64,000 bases of DNA from Alphaproteobacteria bacterium (GTDB lineage: Bacteria > Pseudomonadota > Alphaproteobacteria > UBA9655), in the NCBI GenBank assembly GCA_020049895.1, contig JAGVLE010000011.1:3131-67130 (forward strand), given 5' to 3'. The notes under the pieces are model-generated. The model was not told the DNA's origin. It did not search any database and saw only the letters and a list, made by a program, of their open reading frames with translations. The number at the start of each line of letters is the position of its first letter. Position 1 is the first letter of the stretch. Shown one piece after another: positions 26,003 to 37,143 of the stretch. The translations under genes were made by a program, and so were the position numbers.

Positions 26003-26851
26003 ATGAAAAACGCCTTATTCAAAGAAGATACTTTAGATATACAGGAAGATGTTTCTGTGGGGCATCTTTTAAAAGAACACCGCGAAGCCTTAGGTATTCC
26101 CCTTGAAATAGTCGCCCATAATTTACGTATAGGCATTGCCCATCTTGAAAAACTCGAGGCTGACCATGAAACTCTTGTGTCTGATGTCTATACCCTAGGT
26201 TTTTTAAGAATTTATGCAAAATTTTTAAACTTAAATGCGAATGCATTAATCCAAAAATTTAAAAAGCAGTTTGCTCCGGCACCTCCTTCCTGTCTTATAT
26301 TTCCAACGCCGCCTGCAGAACAGGGAATTGCAGGAACGCGCATCCTTTTGTGGTCTGTGGGCTTATTTATTATTATTGCGGGTATATCAGGTTACCAGTG
26401 GTGGAAAATACATCAAGAGCCCATTTCCCTGAAAGAGGTCGCTCCCCTTCAAGAGACGCCATCGGTGTCAGTTGCTCCAGAACCTGCAACAGAACAAGTC
26501 CCCGCTCTTTCGCCTATCTCTTCCCTTACTGAGCAAGGGTATATACCCGAAGAGCTATCCCTTCCGACTCCCATAGAGGAAGAGGTGGTCCCTCCTGCTG
26601 AATCTAGTTCTACATTTCTCAAAGCTATAGAAAAAACATGGATTGATGTAAGAGATAGGGAGGGAAAAATTATTGTACGACGTCTTCTTTATACGGGCCA
26701 AGTTTTTGAGCTTAAGCATCCTGAAAACCTTGTCTTGAAAGTAGGAAATGCACAAGGGATTCAGATTACTTCGGGAAAGAAAACACTTGCATTCCCAGGC
26801 GTCCCGGGAGTTAAAAGTGGAATTTCTCTTAATTCCAGCAATTGGAACTAA
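26003..26851 (+). CDS. rodZ: RodZ-like cytoskeleton protein (HTH domain, one membrane span, DUF4115-like C-terminus)
   Basis: N-terminal HTH (VGHLLKEHREALGIPLEIVAHNLRIGIAHLEKLE), one span (ILLWSVGLFIIIAGISGY), a Pro/Glu-rich linker, and a C-terminal TWIDVRDREGKIIVRRLLYTGQVFEL...LKVGNAQGIQI. Confidence 0.75.
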   Translation: MKNALFKEDTLDIQEDVSVGHLLKEHREALGIPLEIVAHNLRIGIAHLEKLEADHETLVSDVYTLGFLRIYAKFLNLNANALIQKFKKQFAPAPPSCLIFPTPPAEQGIAGTRILLWSVGLFIIIAGISGYQWWKIHQEPISLKEVAPLQETPSVSVAPEPATEQVPALSPISSLTEQGYIPEELSLPTPIEEEVVPPAESSSTFLKAIEKTWIDVRDREGKIIVRRLLYTGQVFELKHPENLVLKVGNAQGIQITSGKKTLAFPGVPGVKSGISLNSSNWN

Positions 26852-26954
26852 AGTTCTTATAGTTTTTAGCAAACCGTTTCTCTATACACTTAGGTAGAAA
26901 ATTGATACTATCACACCCGCTGCTTTTCACCCCTATATCAGCAAGAAGGAAACA

Positions 26955-28232
26955 ATGACGTCTCTCCAGCCCGCCCGAGGAATGCATGACTTATTACCTG
27001 GTGACCATCAAAAGCATGCCTTTATTATTACAAAAGCTCTCCAAATTGCTGCTCGGTATGGATTTTGTGAAATTTCCACCCCTATGTTGGAGTTTAAAGA
27101 AGTCTTTAAACGAACTCTAGGGACGACTTCCGATATTATTTCTAAGGAAATGTATGAAATGGCTTCAAAGGGGGGGGAAGAGCTAGTTCTAAGGCCAGAA
27201 GGAACTGCAGGTGTTGCGCGGGCTGTTCTTTCAAATGGGCTGACACAATCGATGCCTTTGAAATTTTGTTATACAGGTCCTATGTTTCGCTATGAGCGCC
27301 CTCAAAAAGGCCGGTTACGTCAATTTCACCATATTGGAATAGAACTCTTTGGGGTTGATTCGGCTCTTGGAGATGTGGAGGTTGTTTCCTTAGCGTATGA
27401 TGTGCTGAAAGCGCTTCATTTGGAGGAGCGAGTTACTCTCGAAATTAATACCCTTGGGGATGAGGAAAGCCGAACTCACTATCGCACACAGCTGGTTGCC
27501 TACTTAAATGATCATCTTACGAAGCTTTCCCCGGATAGCCAAACGCGTCTGACGCGTAATCCCTTGCGGATCTTAGATTCAAAGGATGAGGGAGATAAGC
27601 GTATTTTGGAAAACGCCCCTCTTTTGAAAGAGAGTCTTAATACCGCGTCTGAAGATATGTTTGCTTCGGTTCAAGAAGGTCTTCAGACTCTAAAGATTCC
27701 TTTTAGGATCAACCCTCATCTTGTTCGGGGATTAGATTATTACTGCCACCTAGCTTTTGAGTTCACAACCACAGATCTTGGATCCCAAGGTACAGTGCTT
27801 GCGGGGGGACGCTATGATGGCCTAACGCGCACGATGGGAGGCCCTCAGATTCCAGGTGTGGGTTGGGCAGGAGGAATTGAACGCCTGGCTATGATGCTGC
27901 GCGAGGAAGATCTTCCTCGTCCCGTGCGTCCCTTAGCTGTTATTGCTATGGAAGAAAGATTTTCTTTTAAAGGTCTTGAGCTTGCGGAAGTCTTGCGCCA
28001 AGAGGGCTTTCGTGTTGACATGACTTATGAGAACAATCTCGGAAAATGCTTAAAAAAATCAAATAAAATCAATGCGTTGTATGCTTTGATTGTAGGAGAA
28101 GAGGAAGTTCGTTCTCACAAAGTCACCTGCAAAAATCTAGATTCGGGCGAACAAATGTTGGTTCCTCAAGAAGAAATAGGGCAATTCTTTAAAGATACTT
28201 ATCCTCAAGGAAGGACTGGCCATGAGTCTTGA
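26955..28232 (+). CDS. hisS: histidine--tRNA ligase
   Basis: [47 protein letters not shown]. Confidence 0.95.
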   Translation: MTSLQPARGMHDLLPGDHQKHAFIITKALQIAARYGFCEISTPMLEFKEVFKRTLGTTSDIISKEMYEMASKGGEELVLRPEGTAGVARAVLSNGLTQSMPLKFCYTGPMFRYERPQKGRLRQFHHIGIELFGVDSALGDVEVVSLAYDVLKALHLEERVTLEINTLGDEESRTHYRTQLVAYLNDHLTKLSPDSQTRLTRNPLRILDSKDEGDKRILENAPLLKESLNTASEDMFASVQEGLQTLKIPFRINPHLVRGLDYYCHLAFEFTTTDLGSQGTVLAGGRYDGLTRTMGGPQIPGVGWAGGIERLAMMLREEDLPRPVRPLAVIAMEERFSFKGLELAEVLRQEGFRVDMTYENNLGKCLKKSNKINALYALIVGEEEVRSHKVTCKNLDSGEQMLVPQEEIGQFFKDTYPQGRTGHES

Positions 28233-29289
28233 GCAAAAATTAGATCATCTTGTCACCCATTGCGAAGATCTTCGCCAACAGCTTTCACGTCCTTTTGACG
28301 ACCAAGCACTCTTTGCTAAGATTTCAAAGGAATATTCTGACTTGATGCCGTTGGCTGAGAAAATTCTAGAATGGCGGAAAGGGCTGGAAGAGGAAAAAAA
28401 CCTCAAAGAGCTGCTTTCTGATCCAGAACTTAAAGAAATGGCTCAAGACGATCTGCAGCGTCTTCATGAAGAGCTTCCTAACTTGTTTAAAGAAATTCAA
28501 ATCCTCCTTTTGCCTAAAGATGCGGATGATGATCGCAATGCTATCATTGAAATTCGAGCGGGTACAGGCGGAGAAGAAGCGGCTCTTTTCGGTGCTGATC
28601 TTCTGCGCATGTATCAACGCTATGCAGAGAACAAAGGGTGGCGATTTGAGCTGATGCACGAAAGCGACACAGGATTGGGCGGAGTAAAGGACGCCTCTGC
28701 TCTGATTTCTGGGAAAGGCGTGTTTGCAAAGCTTAAATTTGAATCTGGCGTTCACCGTGTCCAGCGGGTCCCTGAAACGGAGACAAGTGGTCGTATTCAT
28801 ACCTCTGCTGCAACTGTAGCCGTTTTGCCAGAAGCTGAAGAAGTGGACATTCATATCGAAGAAAAAGACTTACGGATTGATGTTTTTCGCTCTAGTGGGC
28901 CGGGAGGACAATCTGTTAATACGACAGACAGTGCGGTGCGAATTACGCACATTCCCACAGGTGTTGTGGTTCAACAACAAGATGAAAAATCTCAGCATAA
29001 AAATAAAGCAAAGGCCCTCAAAATCCTGCGCTCGCGTCTTTATGAACATCAGCGAGCTCAAAAGGATGCAGAACGAGCAGAAACTCGGAAAAGCCAAGTG
29101 GGCAGTGGAGATCGTTCTGAGCGTATCCGCACCTATAATTTTCCTCAAGGGCGTGTCACTGATCACCGTATTAACCTCACACTTTACAAGCTGGATCGGA
29201 TTCTGGAAGGCGCGGGGCTTGAAGAAATGATCCTAGCCCTCACTGAAGAAGATCAAGCGACACGGTTGGCAGATTTGGGAGACGCATAA
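28222..29289 (+). CDS. prfA: peptide chain release factor 1
   Basis: GGQ motif ([24 protein letters not shown]) and an RF1-type P-x-T tripeptide ([18 protein letters not shown]). It overlaps the hisS end by 11 nt. Confidence 0.95.
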   Translation: MSLEQKLDHLVTHCEDLRQQLSRPFDDQALFAKISKEYSDLMPLAEKILEWRKGLEEEKNLKELLSDPELKEMAQDDLQRLHEELPNLFKEIQILLLPKDADDDRNAIIEIRAGTGGEEAALFGADLLRMYQRYAENKGWRFELMHESDTGLGGVKDASALISGKGVFAKLKFESGVHRVQRVPETETSGRIHTSAATVAVLPEAEEVDIHIEEKDLRIDVFRSSGPGGQSVNTTDSAVRITHIPTGVVVQQQDEKSQHKNKAKALKILRSRLYEHQRAQKDAERAETRKSQVGSGDRSERIRTYNFPQGRVTDHRINLTLYKLDRILEGAGLEEMILALTEEDQATRLADLGDA

Positions 29290-29292
29290 AGG

Positions 29293-31266
29293 GTGTCTTC
29301 AACTTCTGTTAAGATTCCTGTCCTTCTCCCTCTCTCATTAGATATTCCTTTTGACTATGTGCATTCTCAAGAGCTTGCTCCGGGAACGTTGGTAAAAGTC
29401 TCTTTTCGAAAGGCAGAGCTCTATGGGGTTGTGTGGGATGCACCCACGTCGCCTTCTTCACGCCCGCTCACCTATAAGCCTATCCTGAAGGTGTGTGAGC
29501 CTCTCAAACTTCTGCAGGTTTCACTTAAATTTATTGAGTGGGTAAGTAATTATACGTTAGCCCCAAAGGGTTTAATTTTAAAGATGGTTCTTCCCCTTCC
29601 GGAAGCCTTGGAGGAAGAAGCCTCACCAAAGGTTTTGGTGGCTAAAGATCCTTGCAAGCCAAATCTTTCTCCAGAGCAGAAAGAGGCTGCAGACCTTCTA
29701 AAATCCGCCTTAGAGGCAAAAACCTTCCAGCCGTTCCTTTTGGAAGGAGTGACAGGTTCAGGAAAAACAGAAGTTTATTTCGAAGCTATTGATTGTGTTC
29801 TCGAGAAAGGCGGGCAAGCGCTTGTATTGCTACCAGAAATTTCCTTGAGTACGCAATGGCTTCAGCGGTTTGAAGAACGATTTGGCTTTACTCCAGCTAT
29901 TTGGCATTCAGACTTGCCTCCTAAGCAACGGAAAGAAACCTTACGCGCTCTCATTCAGGGAAATGTGCGGGTCCTTGTGGGGACGCGCTCAGCCCTTTTT
30001 CTTCCTTTACTCAATCTTGCGTTGATCATTGTGGATGAAGAACATGATGGGTCCTATAAGCAAGAAGAGGGAGTTATTTATAATGCCCGTGATATGGCGC
30101 TTGTCAGGAGCCGGCTAAGCCACGCCCTTTGCATCCTTGTTTCTGCGACTCCATCTCTTGAAACAGAAGCGAATGTACAGAACGGAAAATATAAGTATCT
30201 CCATCTTGCCTCCCGGTATGGGGGGGCTGTTATGCCAGACGTTAAATTAATTGATATGCGGAAATGCAAGCTGCCAGCCCAAAGCTGGATTTCTCCTCCC
30301 TTAAGGGCGGCTCTTAAAGAAACGTTAGAGCGGCAAGAACAAGCTATGCTTTTCTTAAATCGTCGAGGCTATGCCCCCCTGACTCTTTGCAAGGACTGTG
30401 GAGAAAGAGTGATGTGTCCACAATGTAGCATCAGCCTTGTTAATCATAAGTCCCTTAAAACTCTTTTGTGTCATCACTGTGGCTATACAACTCCACAGCC
30501 ACGGATATGTCCTACGTGCTATATAGAAGATGGCTTCACCTTGGTTGGTCCTGGTGTGGAACGTATCCTGGAAGAAGTCACAACGTTTCTTCCGGAGGCG
30601 CGATGTGCGGTTTTAACAAGCGATCATCTGACGACTCCTAAAAAAACAAAGGAATGCATTCAAAAAATTCAAAATCATGAGGTAGATGTCCTGATTGGGA
30701 CGCAAATCATGGCTAAGGGTCACCATTTTCCTCTATTAACCTTGGTAGGTATTATTGATGGGGACAGTTCTCTTTCAGGAAGTGATTTGAGGGCTTCAGA
30801 GAAAGCGTTCCAGCTCCTTCATCAGGTTTCTGGAAGGTCAGGGCGCGAATCGAAACGAGGACATGTTCTTCTTCAGACTTATTTTCCTGAGCATCCCTTG
30901 ATGGAAGCTCTTGTGAGTCAAAATCGTGAGCAATTCTTTTCCCTTGAGACAGAGCAACGGCAACTCCACGGATTTCCTCCTTTCGGCCGTCTGGTTGCTT
31001 TAATTCTTTCAGGAAAAGATAATGATGAGGTAGAAAGAGGAGCCAGACGTTTAGCAAAAACCTTCCCCCTGATAGAAGAAGTCGAGCTTTTAGGGCCGTC
31101 TCCCGCACCTCTTTCTTATCTTCGCAGCCGCTATCGGTGGCGTCTTTTGCTCAAAACACCAAAAGATTTTTCTCCACAATCCCTTTTAAAATATTGGATT
31201 TCTAGAACTCCCCTTCCGTCTACTCTCAAGGTGCAGATTGATATAGATCCCTACAGTTTTTTTTAA
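29293..31266 (+). CDS. priA: primosomal protein N' (replication restart helicase PriA)
   Basis: Walker A GVTGSGKTEVY, DEEHD box, Cys-rich zinc region (CKDCGERVMCPQCSISL...CHHCGY...CPTC). GTG start. Confidence 0.93.
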   Translation: MSSTSVKIPVLLPLSLDIPFDYVHSQELAPGTLVKVSFRKAELYGVVWDAPTSPSSRPLTYKPILKVCEPLKLLQVSLKFIEWVSNYTLAPKGLILKMVLPLPEALEEEASPKVLVAKDPCKPNLSPEQKEAADLLKSALEAKTFQPFLLEGVTGSGKTEVYFEAIDCVLEKGGQALVLLPEISLSTQWLQRFEERFGFTPAIWHSDLPPKQRKETLRALIQGNVRVLVGTRSALFLPLLNLALIIVDEEHDGSYKQEEGVIYNARDMALVRSRLSHALCILVSATPSLETEANVQNGKYKYLHLASRYGGAVMPDVKLIDMRKCKLPAQSWISPPLRAALKETLERQEQAMLFLNRRGYAPLTLCKDCGERVMCPQCSISLVNHKSLKTLLCHHCGYTTPQPRICPTCYIEDGFTLVGPGVERILEEVTTFLPEARCAVLTSDHLTTPKKTKECIQKIQNHEVDVLIGTQIMAKGHHFPLLTLVGIIDGDSSLSGSDLRASEKAFQLLHQVSGRSGRESKRGHVLLQTYFPEHPLMEALVSQNREQFFSLETEQRQLHGFPPFGRLVALILSGKDNDEVERGARRLAKTFPLIEEVELLGPSPAPLSYLRSRYRWRLLLKTPKDFSPQSLLKYWISRTPLPSTLKVQIDIDPYSFF

Positions 31267-31321
31267 TAAGGGATAAGGCCCCTCTGGACAATCTTTGGCA
31301 AAATATGGTATTTGGTTTCGA

Positions 31322-31849
31322 ATGAAGTGCAAAGTGGCAAACCCATCCTCCTCTTCTTGTGAACCGTTTGTCTTCTCATCCGAAAATGAAGCTAAAATCC
31401 CAGAAATTTTAAGTCGGTATCCTCCTTCTCGCCAGGTCAGTGCTGTCCTTCCCCTCTTCGAGCTTGCGCAACGTCAGTGCGGCGGATGGCTTCCTCCCAG
31501 CGCTATCGAAACAGTAACGGCAATGCTTGGGATGTCTCTTGTTCGGGGATATGAGGTAGCTACTTTTTACACCCTCTTTAATCTTAAACCCATCGGCAAA
31601 TACCATATTCAAGTCTGTGGGACCCCACCGTGCATGCTGCGCGGAAGTGAGGAACTCCTTACGACTTGCAAACGTTCTCTAGGAATTGACTGTGGCGAGA
31701 CAACGAAAGATGGTCAGTTTACATTGAATGAAGTGGAGTGTCTGAGTGCTTGTGTAAATGCTCCTGTTATACAAATTAATGAGACTTATTACGAAAATCT
31801 AACGGAAGAGAGCCTGCAGGATCTGCTGGAAGAGTTGGCTGCATGTTAA
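31322..31849 (+). CDS. nuoE: NADH-quinone oxidoreductase subunit E
   Basis: 24-kDa subunit pattern: [26 protein letters not shown], with the 2Fe-2S ligands in [12 protein letters not shown] and [10 protein letters not shown]. The start could be the ATG at 31322 or the TTG at 31295. Confidence 0.9.
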   Translation: MKCKVANPSSSSCEPFVFSSENEAKIPEILSRYPPSRQVSAVLPLFELAQRQCGGWLPPSAIETVTAMLGMSLVRGYEVATFYTLFNLKPIGKYHIQVCGTPPCMLRGSEELLTTCKRSLGIDCGETTKDGQFTLNEVECLSACVNAPVIQINETYYENLTEESLQDLLEELAAC

Positions 31850-33123
31850 AGGATAGCGATCGCATCTTTACAAACCTTCATGGGACCCAAGGCTGGACCT
31901 TAAAAGATGCCCAAAAACGAGGAGACTGGGATAAAACAAAGACTCTCATCGCCAAGGGGCCAGAATGGATTATCCAAGAAGTCATGACTTCGGAGCTAAG
32001 AGGGCGAAGCGGGGCAGGTTTTCTTACAGGCAAGAAATGGTCTTTTATGCCCAAGGAAAGCAAGGATATTCCCCATTATCTTGTGGTCAATGCGGATGAA
32101 AGCGAGCCCGGGACCTGTAAAGACAGAGATATTTTGCGGTATGAGCCGCATAAACTGATCGAAGGAGCCCTTCTCGCTGCTGTCGCTATTCGTGCCCATA
32201 TTGGGTATGTTTATATCCGAGGCGAGTTTCATCACGAAACAGAGCGTCTCAAAATAGCTATCCAAGAGGCTTATGATGCGGGCCTTTTAGGGAAGAATGC
32301 AGCAGGATCAGGTTGGGATTTTGATCTTCACATACACCGCGGAGCGGGTGCTTATATTTGCGGGGAGGAAACAGCCCTTTTAGAAAGTCTTGAGGGACGC
32401 AAAGGCATGCCGCGTCTCAAGCCCCCCTTTCCAACCGTTGTGGGCCTTTATGGGTGTCCAACGACTGTCCACAATGTAGAGACCTTGGCTGTTATCCCCA
32501 CCCTTTTGCGTCGTAGAGGGGCTTGGTTTGCAAGCCTTGGAACACCAGGAAATACAGGAACCAAGATTTTCTGCCTTTCGGGTCATGTGAACAAGCCTGG
32601 TAATGTGGAAGAAATTATGGGGATTCCCCTTAAAGACCTCATCGAACGGCATGGAGGAGGTGTTCGAGGAGGATGGAATAATCTTTTGGCCGTTATCCCT
32701 GGCGGCTCTTCGGTGTCTCTTCTCCCTAAGGATATTTGCGAAACAGTTGCTATGGATTTTAGCTCTCTTGCGAGTGTTAAGAGTGCTCTTGGAACCGGTG
32801 GGGTTATTGTGATGGATAAGTCCACAGACCTTATCCGAACGATAGCTCGCTTTTCTAAGTTTTATATGCTTGAGAGTTGCGGTCAATGCACGCCCTGCCG
32901 TGAAGGAACAGGCTGGATGTGGCGGATGCTCACGCGTCTTGCTGACGGCAAAGGAAAACCTGAGGACATTAATCTTTTAGAGGATGTCACGCATGCTGTA
33001 GAGGGATATAGTATCTGTGGATTGGGGGATGCAGCGGCTTGGCCTGTCCAAGGACTCATTCGCCATTTTCGTCTAGAGATTGAGCAAAGGATAAGGGAAA
33101 ACCATGCCGAAACTCAGCATTGA
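31843..33123 (+). CDS. nuoF: NADH-quinone oxidoreductase subunit F
   Basis: 51-kDa subunit motifs: [57 protein letters not shown]. Confidence 0.95.
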   Translation: MLKDSDRIFTNLHGTQGWTLKDAQKRGDWDKTKTLIAKGPEWIIQEVMTSELRGRSGAGFLTGKKWSFMPKESKDIPHYLVVNADESEPGTCKDRDILRYEPHKLIEGALLAAVAIRAHIGYVYIRGEFHHETERLKIAIQEAYDAGLLGKNAAGSGWDFDLHIHRGAGAYICGEETALLESLEGRKGMPRLKPPFPTVVGLYGCPTTVHNVETLAVIPTLLRRRGAWFASLGTPGNTGTKIFCLSGHVNKPGNVEEIMGIPLKDLIERHGGGVRGGWNNLLAVIPGGSSVSLLPKDICETVAMDFSSLASVKSALGTGGVIVMDKSTDLIRTIARFSKFYMLESCGQCTPCREGTGWMWRMLTRLADGKGKPEDINLLEDVTHAVEGYSICGLGDAAAWPVQGLIRHFRLEIEQRIRENHAETQH

Positions 33124-35182
33124 TGGCCAAGAAATTATCGTTCCTGAGGGAATGACCGTCCTGCAAGCTGCAACCTTGCTAGGAATTGAAATTCCTGTGT
33201 TTTGTTATCACCCAAAACTGTCCATTGCAGGGAATTGCCGCATGTGTTTGGTGGAGATGGAAGATCACCCAAAACCGGTTGCTAGCTGTGCTATGCCAGC
33301 GTGTGAAGGAGCGGTGGTTCATACAACAACGCCCTCTGTGAAAAAAGCGCGTCAAAGCATTTTAGAGTTCCTTCTTATTAATCATCCTCTCGATTGTCCT
33401 ATTTGTGATCAAGGGGGAGAGTGCGATTTGCAGGATATCTCCGTGGCGTATGGTCGGGATGCGAGTCGGTATGCTCTTAATAAACGGATTGTGCCGGATA
33501 AAGAATTTGGTCCCCTTATTGAAACCGCCATGAATCGGTGTATTCAATGTACACGTTGCGTACGCTTTGCTACAGAAATTGCTGGTGTTCCAGAACTAGG
33601 AGCGATAGGGCGTGGCGAAAGCATGGAAATCGCCACATACCTTGAAAAAACGATCACTTCTGAGCTCTCGGGTAACCTTATTGATGTGTGTCCTGTGGGA
33701 GCCTTGATGTCAAAGCCTTACAGCTCTCAAGCACGCCCTTGGGAGCTGTCCCATACTCCTTCCATTGACGTGCAAGATGCTGTGGGAAGCGCTATTCGCC
33801 TTGACACGAGAGGGGCTGAAGTGATGCGCGTTTTACCTCGTCAAAATGATGATGTGAATGAAGCCTGGATTTCTGATAAGGCTCGGTTTTCTTATGATGG
33901 CTTAAAGTATCAACGCCTTGACCAACCCTATATTCGTAATAAAAATGGGACGCTAGTTCTTGCCAGTTGGGAGAAGGCTTTTGAGGTCATCGCTGACCAT
34001 TTCCGACCGCTTAAAGGCCATCAGATCGCAGCCCTTGTCGGGGATCTCGTTGAGGCTGAAGCGATGGTGGCCCTTAAAGATCTTATGGAAGCTTTGGGAT
34101 CTCCCCATATTGATTGCCGGCAAGATGGAGCTAAGATTGAAGCAAATCCACGCTGCAGTTACCTCTTCAATACGACTATTGCGGGAATTGAGCGGGCTGA
34201 TTTCTGTCTTTTGATGGGAACGAATCCTCGGTGGGAAGCCCCGCTCATCAACGCTCGCTTACGCAAGGCTTATCTTGCGACAGCTTTGCCGGTGGCTACC
34301 ATAGGTCTTCCCCATGATTTGGGCTATCCTGTTGCGTCCTTTGGGAATGATCCGTTTATCGTTGAGAAAATCCTTAAAGGCCGCCATCCCTTATCTACTG
34401 CCTTAAAAGAAGCCAATTATCCTATGATGATTATTGGGCAGGGGGTATTGCGGCGCGAAGATGGGGCCGCTCTTTTGCAGGTTGCTCGCAAAATTGCTGA
34501 GAAATATGAGGTTGTTCACCATAAGCCATCGACTGGTCATTGGAATGGCTTTAATGTTCTCCATACAGCTGCCAGCCGTGTGGGAGGTCTTGATTTAGGT
34601 TTAACGCCTGGCCCCAAAGGGTATGCAACTCATGAGATTTTAAAGGCTGCCTCTGCAGGAAAATTAAAGGCTGTTTACTTACTAGGTGTAGATGAAATCG
34701 ACCTGTCTCCTTTGGAATCAACATTTGTCATTTATCAAGGACATCATGGAGACCGAGGTGCATCCATGGCGGATGTTATTTTGCCAGGGGCTGCATACAC
34801 AGAAAAATCAGGGACGTATGTGAATACAGAAGGGCGGATTCAACGGAGTTTACAAGCCTTGTGCCCCCCTGGAGAAGCTCAAGAAGATTGGAGGATTCTT
34901 CGCGCTCTCTCCACAACATTAGGTATTCCATTACCTTACAATACCCTTGAAGAAGTTCGGTTGCGTCTTGTTGCGGTGAACGCTTTATTTGAGGAAACTG
35001 ATACGGTGCAGAATGCTCTTTGGATGCCCTTTGGGGAAGAAGGAAAAATCTCTTCAGACCCGTTCGAAAACATTATAGAATCTTTTTATATGACCGATTC
35101 TATTTCCCGTCACTCCGTCACTATGGCACAGTGCCGGCAAGACAATGTAACGAGAGAGACCGCACATGCTAGAAACGCTTGA
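33104..35182 (+). CDS. nuoG: NADH-quinone oxidoreductase subunit G
   Basis: 75-kDa subunit motifs: [53 protein letters not shown]. Confidence 0.95.
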   Translation: MPKLSIDGQEIIVPEGMTVLQAATLLGIEIPVFCYHPKLSIAGNCRMCLVEMEDHPKPVASCAMPACEGAVVHTTTPSVKKARQSILEFLLINHPLDCPICDQGGECDLQDISVAYGRDASRYALNKRIVPDKEFGPLIETAMNRCIQCTRCVRFATEIAGVPELGAIGRGESMEIATYLEKTITSELSGNLIDVCPVGALMSKPYSSQARPWELSHTPSIDVQDAVGSAIRLDTRGAEVMRVLPRQNDDVNEAWISDKARFSYDGLKYQRLDQPYIRNKNGTLVLASWEKAFEVIADHFRPLKGHQIAALVGDLVEAEAMVALKDLMEALGSPHIDCRQDGAKIEANPRCSYLFNTTIAGIERADFCLLMGTNPRWEAPLINARLRKAYLATALPVATIGLPHDLGYPVASFGNDPFIVEKILKGRHPLSTALKEANYPMMIIGQGVLRREDGAALLQVARKIAEKYEVVHHKPSTGHWNGFNVLHTAASRVGGLDLGLTPGPKGYATHEILKAASAGKLKAVYLLGVDEIDLSPLESTFVIYQGHHGDRGASMADVILPGAAYTEKSGTYVNTEGRIQRSLQALCPPGEAQEDWRILRALSTTLGIPLPYNTLEEVRLRLVAVNALFEETDTVQNALWMPFGEEGKISSDPFENIIESFYMTDSISRHSVTMAQCRQDNVTRETAHARNA

Positions 35183-36149
35183 AGCTCTTGCTTATTTTGC
35201 TCTCTATAGTCTGATTATCCTTATTCCTTTACTGTTCGCAATTGCCTATCTCACCTATGTTGAGCGCAAGGTCATTGCGGCTATGCAACGCCGCATTGGC
35301 CCTAATGTAGTGGGATGGTTTGGGCTTTTGCAGCCTTTTGCAGATGGTCTCAAATTACTCCATAAAGAAACAATTATTCCCGCTGAATCAAACAAGCTTA
35401 TTTTCTTAATGGCGCCCCTTATAACCTTTGGACTTAGCCTTTCAGCATGGGCTGTTATTCCTTTTGGGCCAGGCCTTGTGATGGGAGATATTAATGTAGG
35501 GATTCTCTATCTTTTAGCCATTTCCTCTTTGAGTGTTTATGGCATTATCATGGCAGGATGGGCGAGTAATTCCAGATATGCTTTCTTAGGCGCTCTGCGC
35601 TCAGCAGCTCAGATGATTTCTTATGAACTCTCGTTAGGCCTTGTCATTGTTACGATTCTTTTATCTGCAGGATCATTAAACCTCAGTAAGATTGTAGAAG
35701 CTCAGCAAACCTACTGGTACATCATTCCACATCTTCCGATGGCTGTGATTTTTATGGTCTCTGCCCTCAGCGAAACAAATAGGGCCCCCTTTGATTTACC
35801 AGAGGCTGAGGCTGAGCTGGTATCAGGATATAATGTTGAATATTCTTCTATGACGTTTGCCCTTTTTTTCTTAGGGGAATATGCCAATATGATTCTCATG
35901 AGTGCCATGGGAAGCATACTTTTTCTGGGCGGGTGGTTGCCTCCCTTTAACGTGCTTCCTTTTACGTGGGTTCCTGGCATTGTGTGGTTTTCTCTTAAGA
36001 TTTCCTTCTTCTTATTTATTTTTCTGTGGGTTAGAGCTACGTTTCCACGTTACCGCTATGATCAACTTATGCGCTTGGGGTGGAAAATTTTTCTGCCTTT
36101 TTCCTTTATATGGGTCATATTAACGGCCACGGTCATTGTTGCTCTATGA
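35166..36149 (+). CDS. nuoH: NADH-quinone oxidoreductase subunit H
   Basis: ND1-type membrane protein: [65 protein letters not shown]. Confidence 0.95.
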   Translation: MLETLEALAYFALYSLIILIPLLFAIAYLTYVERKVIAAMQRRIGPNVVGWFGLLQPFADGLKLLHKETIIPAESNKLIFLMAPLITFGLSLSAWAVIPFGPGLVMGDINVGILYLLAISSLSVYGIIMAGWASNSRYAFLGALRSAAQMISYELSLGLVIVTILLSAGSLNLSKIVEAQQTYWYIIPHLPMAVIFMVSALSETNRAPFDLPEAEAELVSGYNVEYSSMTFALFFLGEYANMILMSAMGSILFLGGWLPPFNVLPFTWVPGIVWFSLKISFFLFIFLWVRATFPRYRYDQLMRLGWKIFLPFSFIWVILTATVIVAL

Positions 36150-37102
36150 TTGGTCTTCCCCTAGAGTTATCCTGCGCTATTGAGCGAGAGCTTGCTGCCA
36201 TTTCCTTGAATCAGTTAAAGAAAGCTTCTGTTGAGCTTACAGAACACTACGCTCAAGGGCGTGGGATTGAAACGTCGCTTCATCGCTTTGCTTATATAGC
36301 TGCACGTCTTCCGGCGACATATAGTGTGGCTTCTCACGTTTTTCAGTGGCTTCCCCTTGAAGAGAGTACGTCTCTTTTGGATATAGGGGCGGGAGTGGGT
36401 AGTCTTGCCTGGGCTGCTGCTGCAGCGTTCCCGCATCTCCAGCGTGTTACCCTTATGGAAAGAGATCCAGAGCTTTTGCGTCTTGGACAACGTTTGGCTC
36501 ACACCCACCTTTCTTTCTTAAATCTTATCTGGAAGCAAGCAGACGTTACCCGTGAGGTTACGTTTCCGGATCATGATATTACTGTGATTTCGTATATGTT
36601 GAATGAGCTTCCCCCTTTAAATCAGCTGAATGTGGTGGAGCGCGCTTATGCAGCAACGAAGAAATTTCTTATTCTTATTGAACCAGGAACCCCGCAGGGA
36701 TTTGAGCTCATTTTAAGAGCCAGGGAAAGGCTTTTAAATCTTGGGGCTCATCTTATCGCTCCGTGTCCACATCAGGCGCCCTGTCCGCTTCTATCCGCTT
36801 TTAAAGAGGGGAAAGATTGGTGCCATTTTAGTGTACGCCTCCCCCGTGGGAAGTCCCACAAACAAGCCAAAAATGCAGATCTTGCCTATGAGGATGAGAA
36901 ATATACCTACCTCATAGTCTCTCCACAGGATTATCCTTCCTCAGAAAATCGGATTATCCGTCCGCCTCTCACTCGATCCGGTCATGTGGTTTTAGACGTG
37001 TGTACCCAGGAAGGAACGCTGGAGCGCCAGGTTGTTTCTAAAAAAGATAAATCTCTTTATCCACGCGCTCGCAAGTCCGCTTGGGGAGATAAATGGCCAT
37101 AA
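36146..37102 (+). CDS. Rsm22-family SAM-dependent methyltransferase
   Basis: [18 protein letters not shown] motif [15 protein letters not shown], and a C-terminal Cys cluster ([11 protein letters not shown]...WCHF) typical of Rsm22-like proteins. The ATG at 36146 overlaps the nuoH stop (ATGA). Confidence 0.75.
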   Translation: MIGLPLELSCAIERELAAISLNQLKKASVELTEHYAQGRGIETSLHRFAYIAARLPATYSVASHVFQWLPLEESTSLLDIGAGVGSLAWAAAAAFPHLQRVTLMERDPELLRLGQRLAHTHLSFLNLIWKQADVTREVTFPDHDITVISYMLNELPPLNQLNVVERAYAATKKFLILIEPGTPQGFELILRARERLLNLGAHLIAPCPHQAPCPLLSAFKEGKDWCHFSVRLPRGKSHKQAKNADLAYEDEKYTYLIVSPQDYPSSENRIIRPPLTRSGHVVLDVCTQEGTLERQVVSKKDKSLYPRARKSAWGDKWP

Positions 37103-37143
37103 CTGGTGTGTAAATATCCAGATTTAAAATGAAATGCGACAAT

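Noticed and set aside
26852-26954. rodZ-like gene directly followed by hisS without ispG (E. coli has rodZ-ispG-hisS), as evidence for loss of the MEP pathway
   Set aside because: I cannot establish that rodZ-ispG-hisS is the ancestral order in Alphaproteobacteria. A 100-nt gap carries no remnant that I can see. The idea needs whole-genome data.
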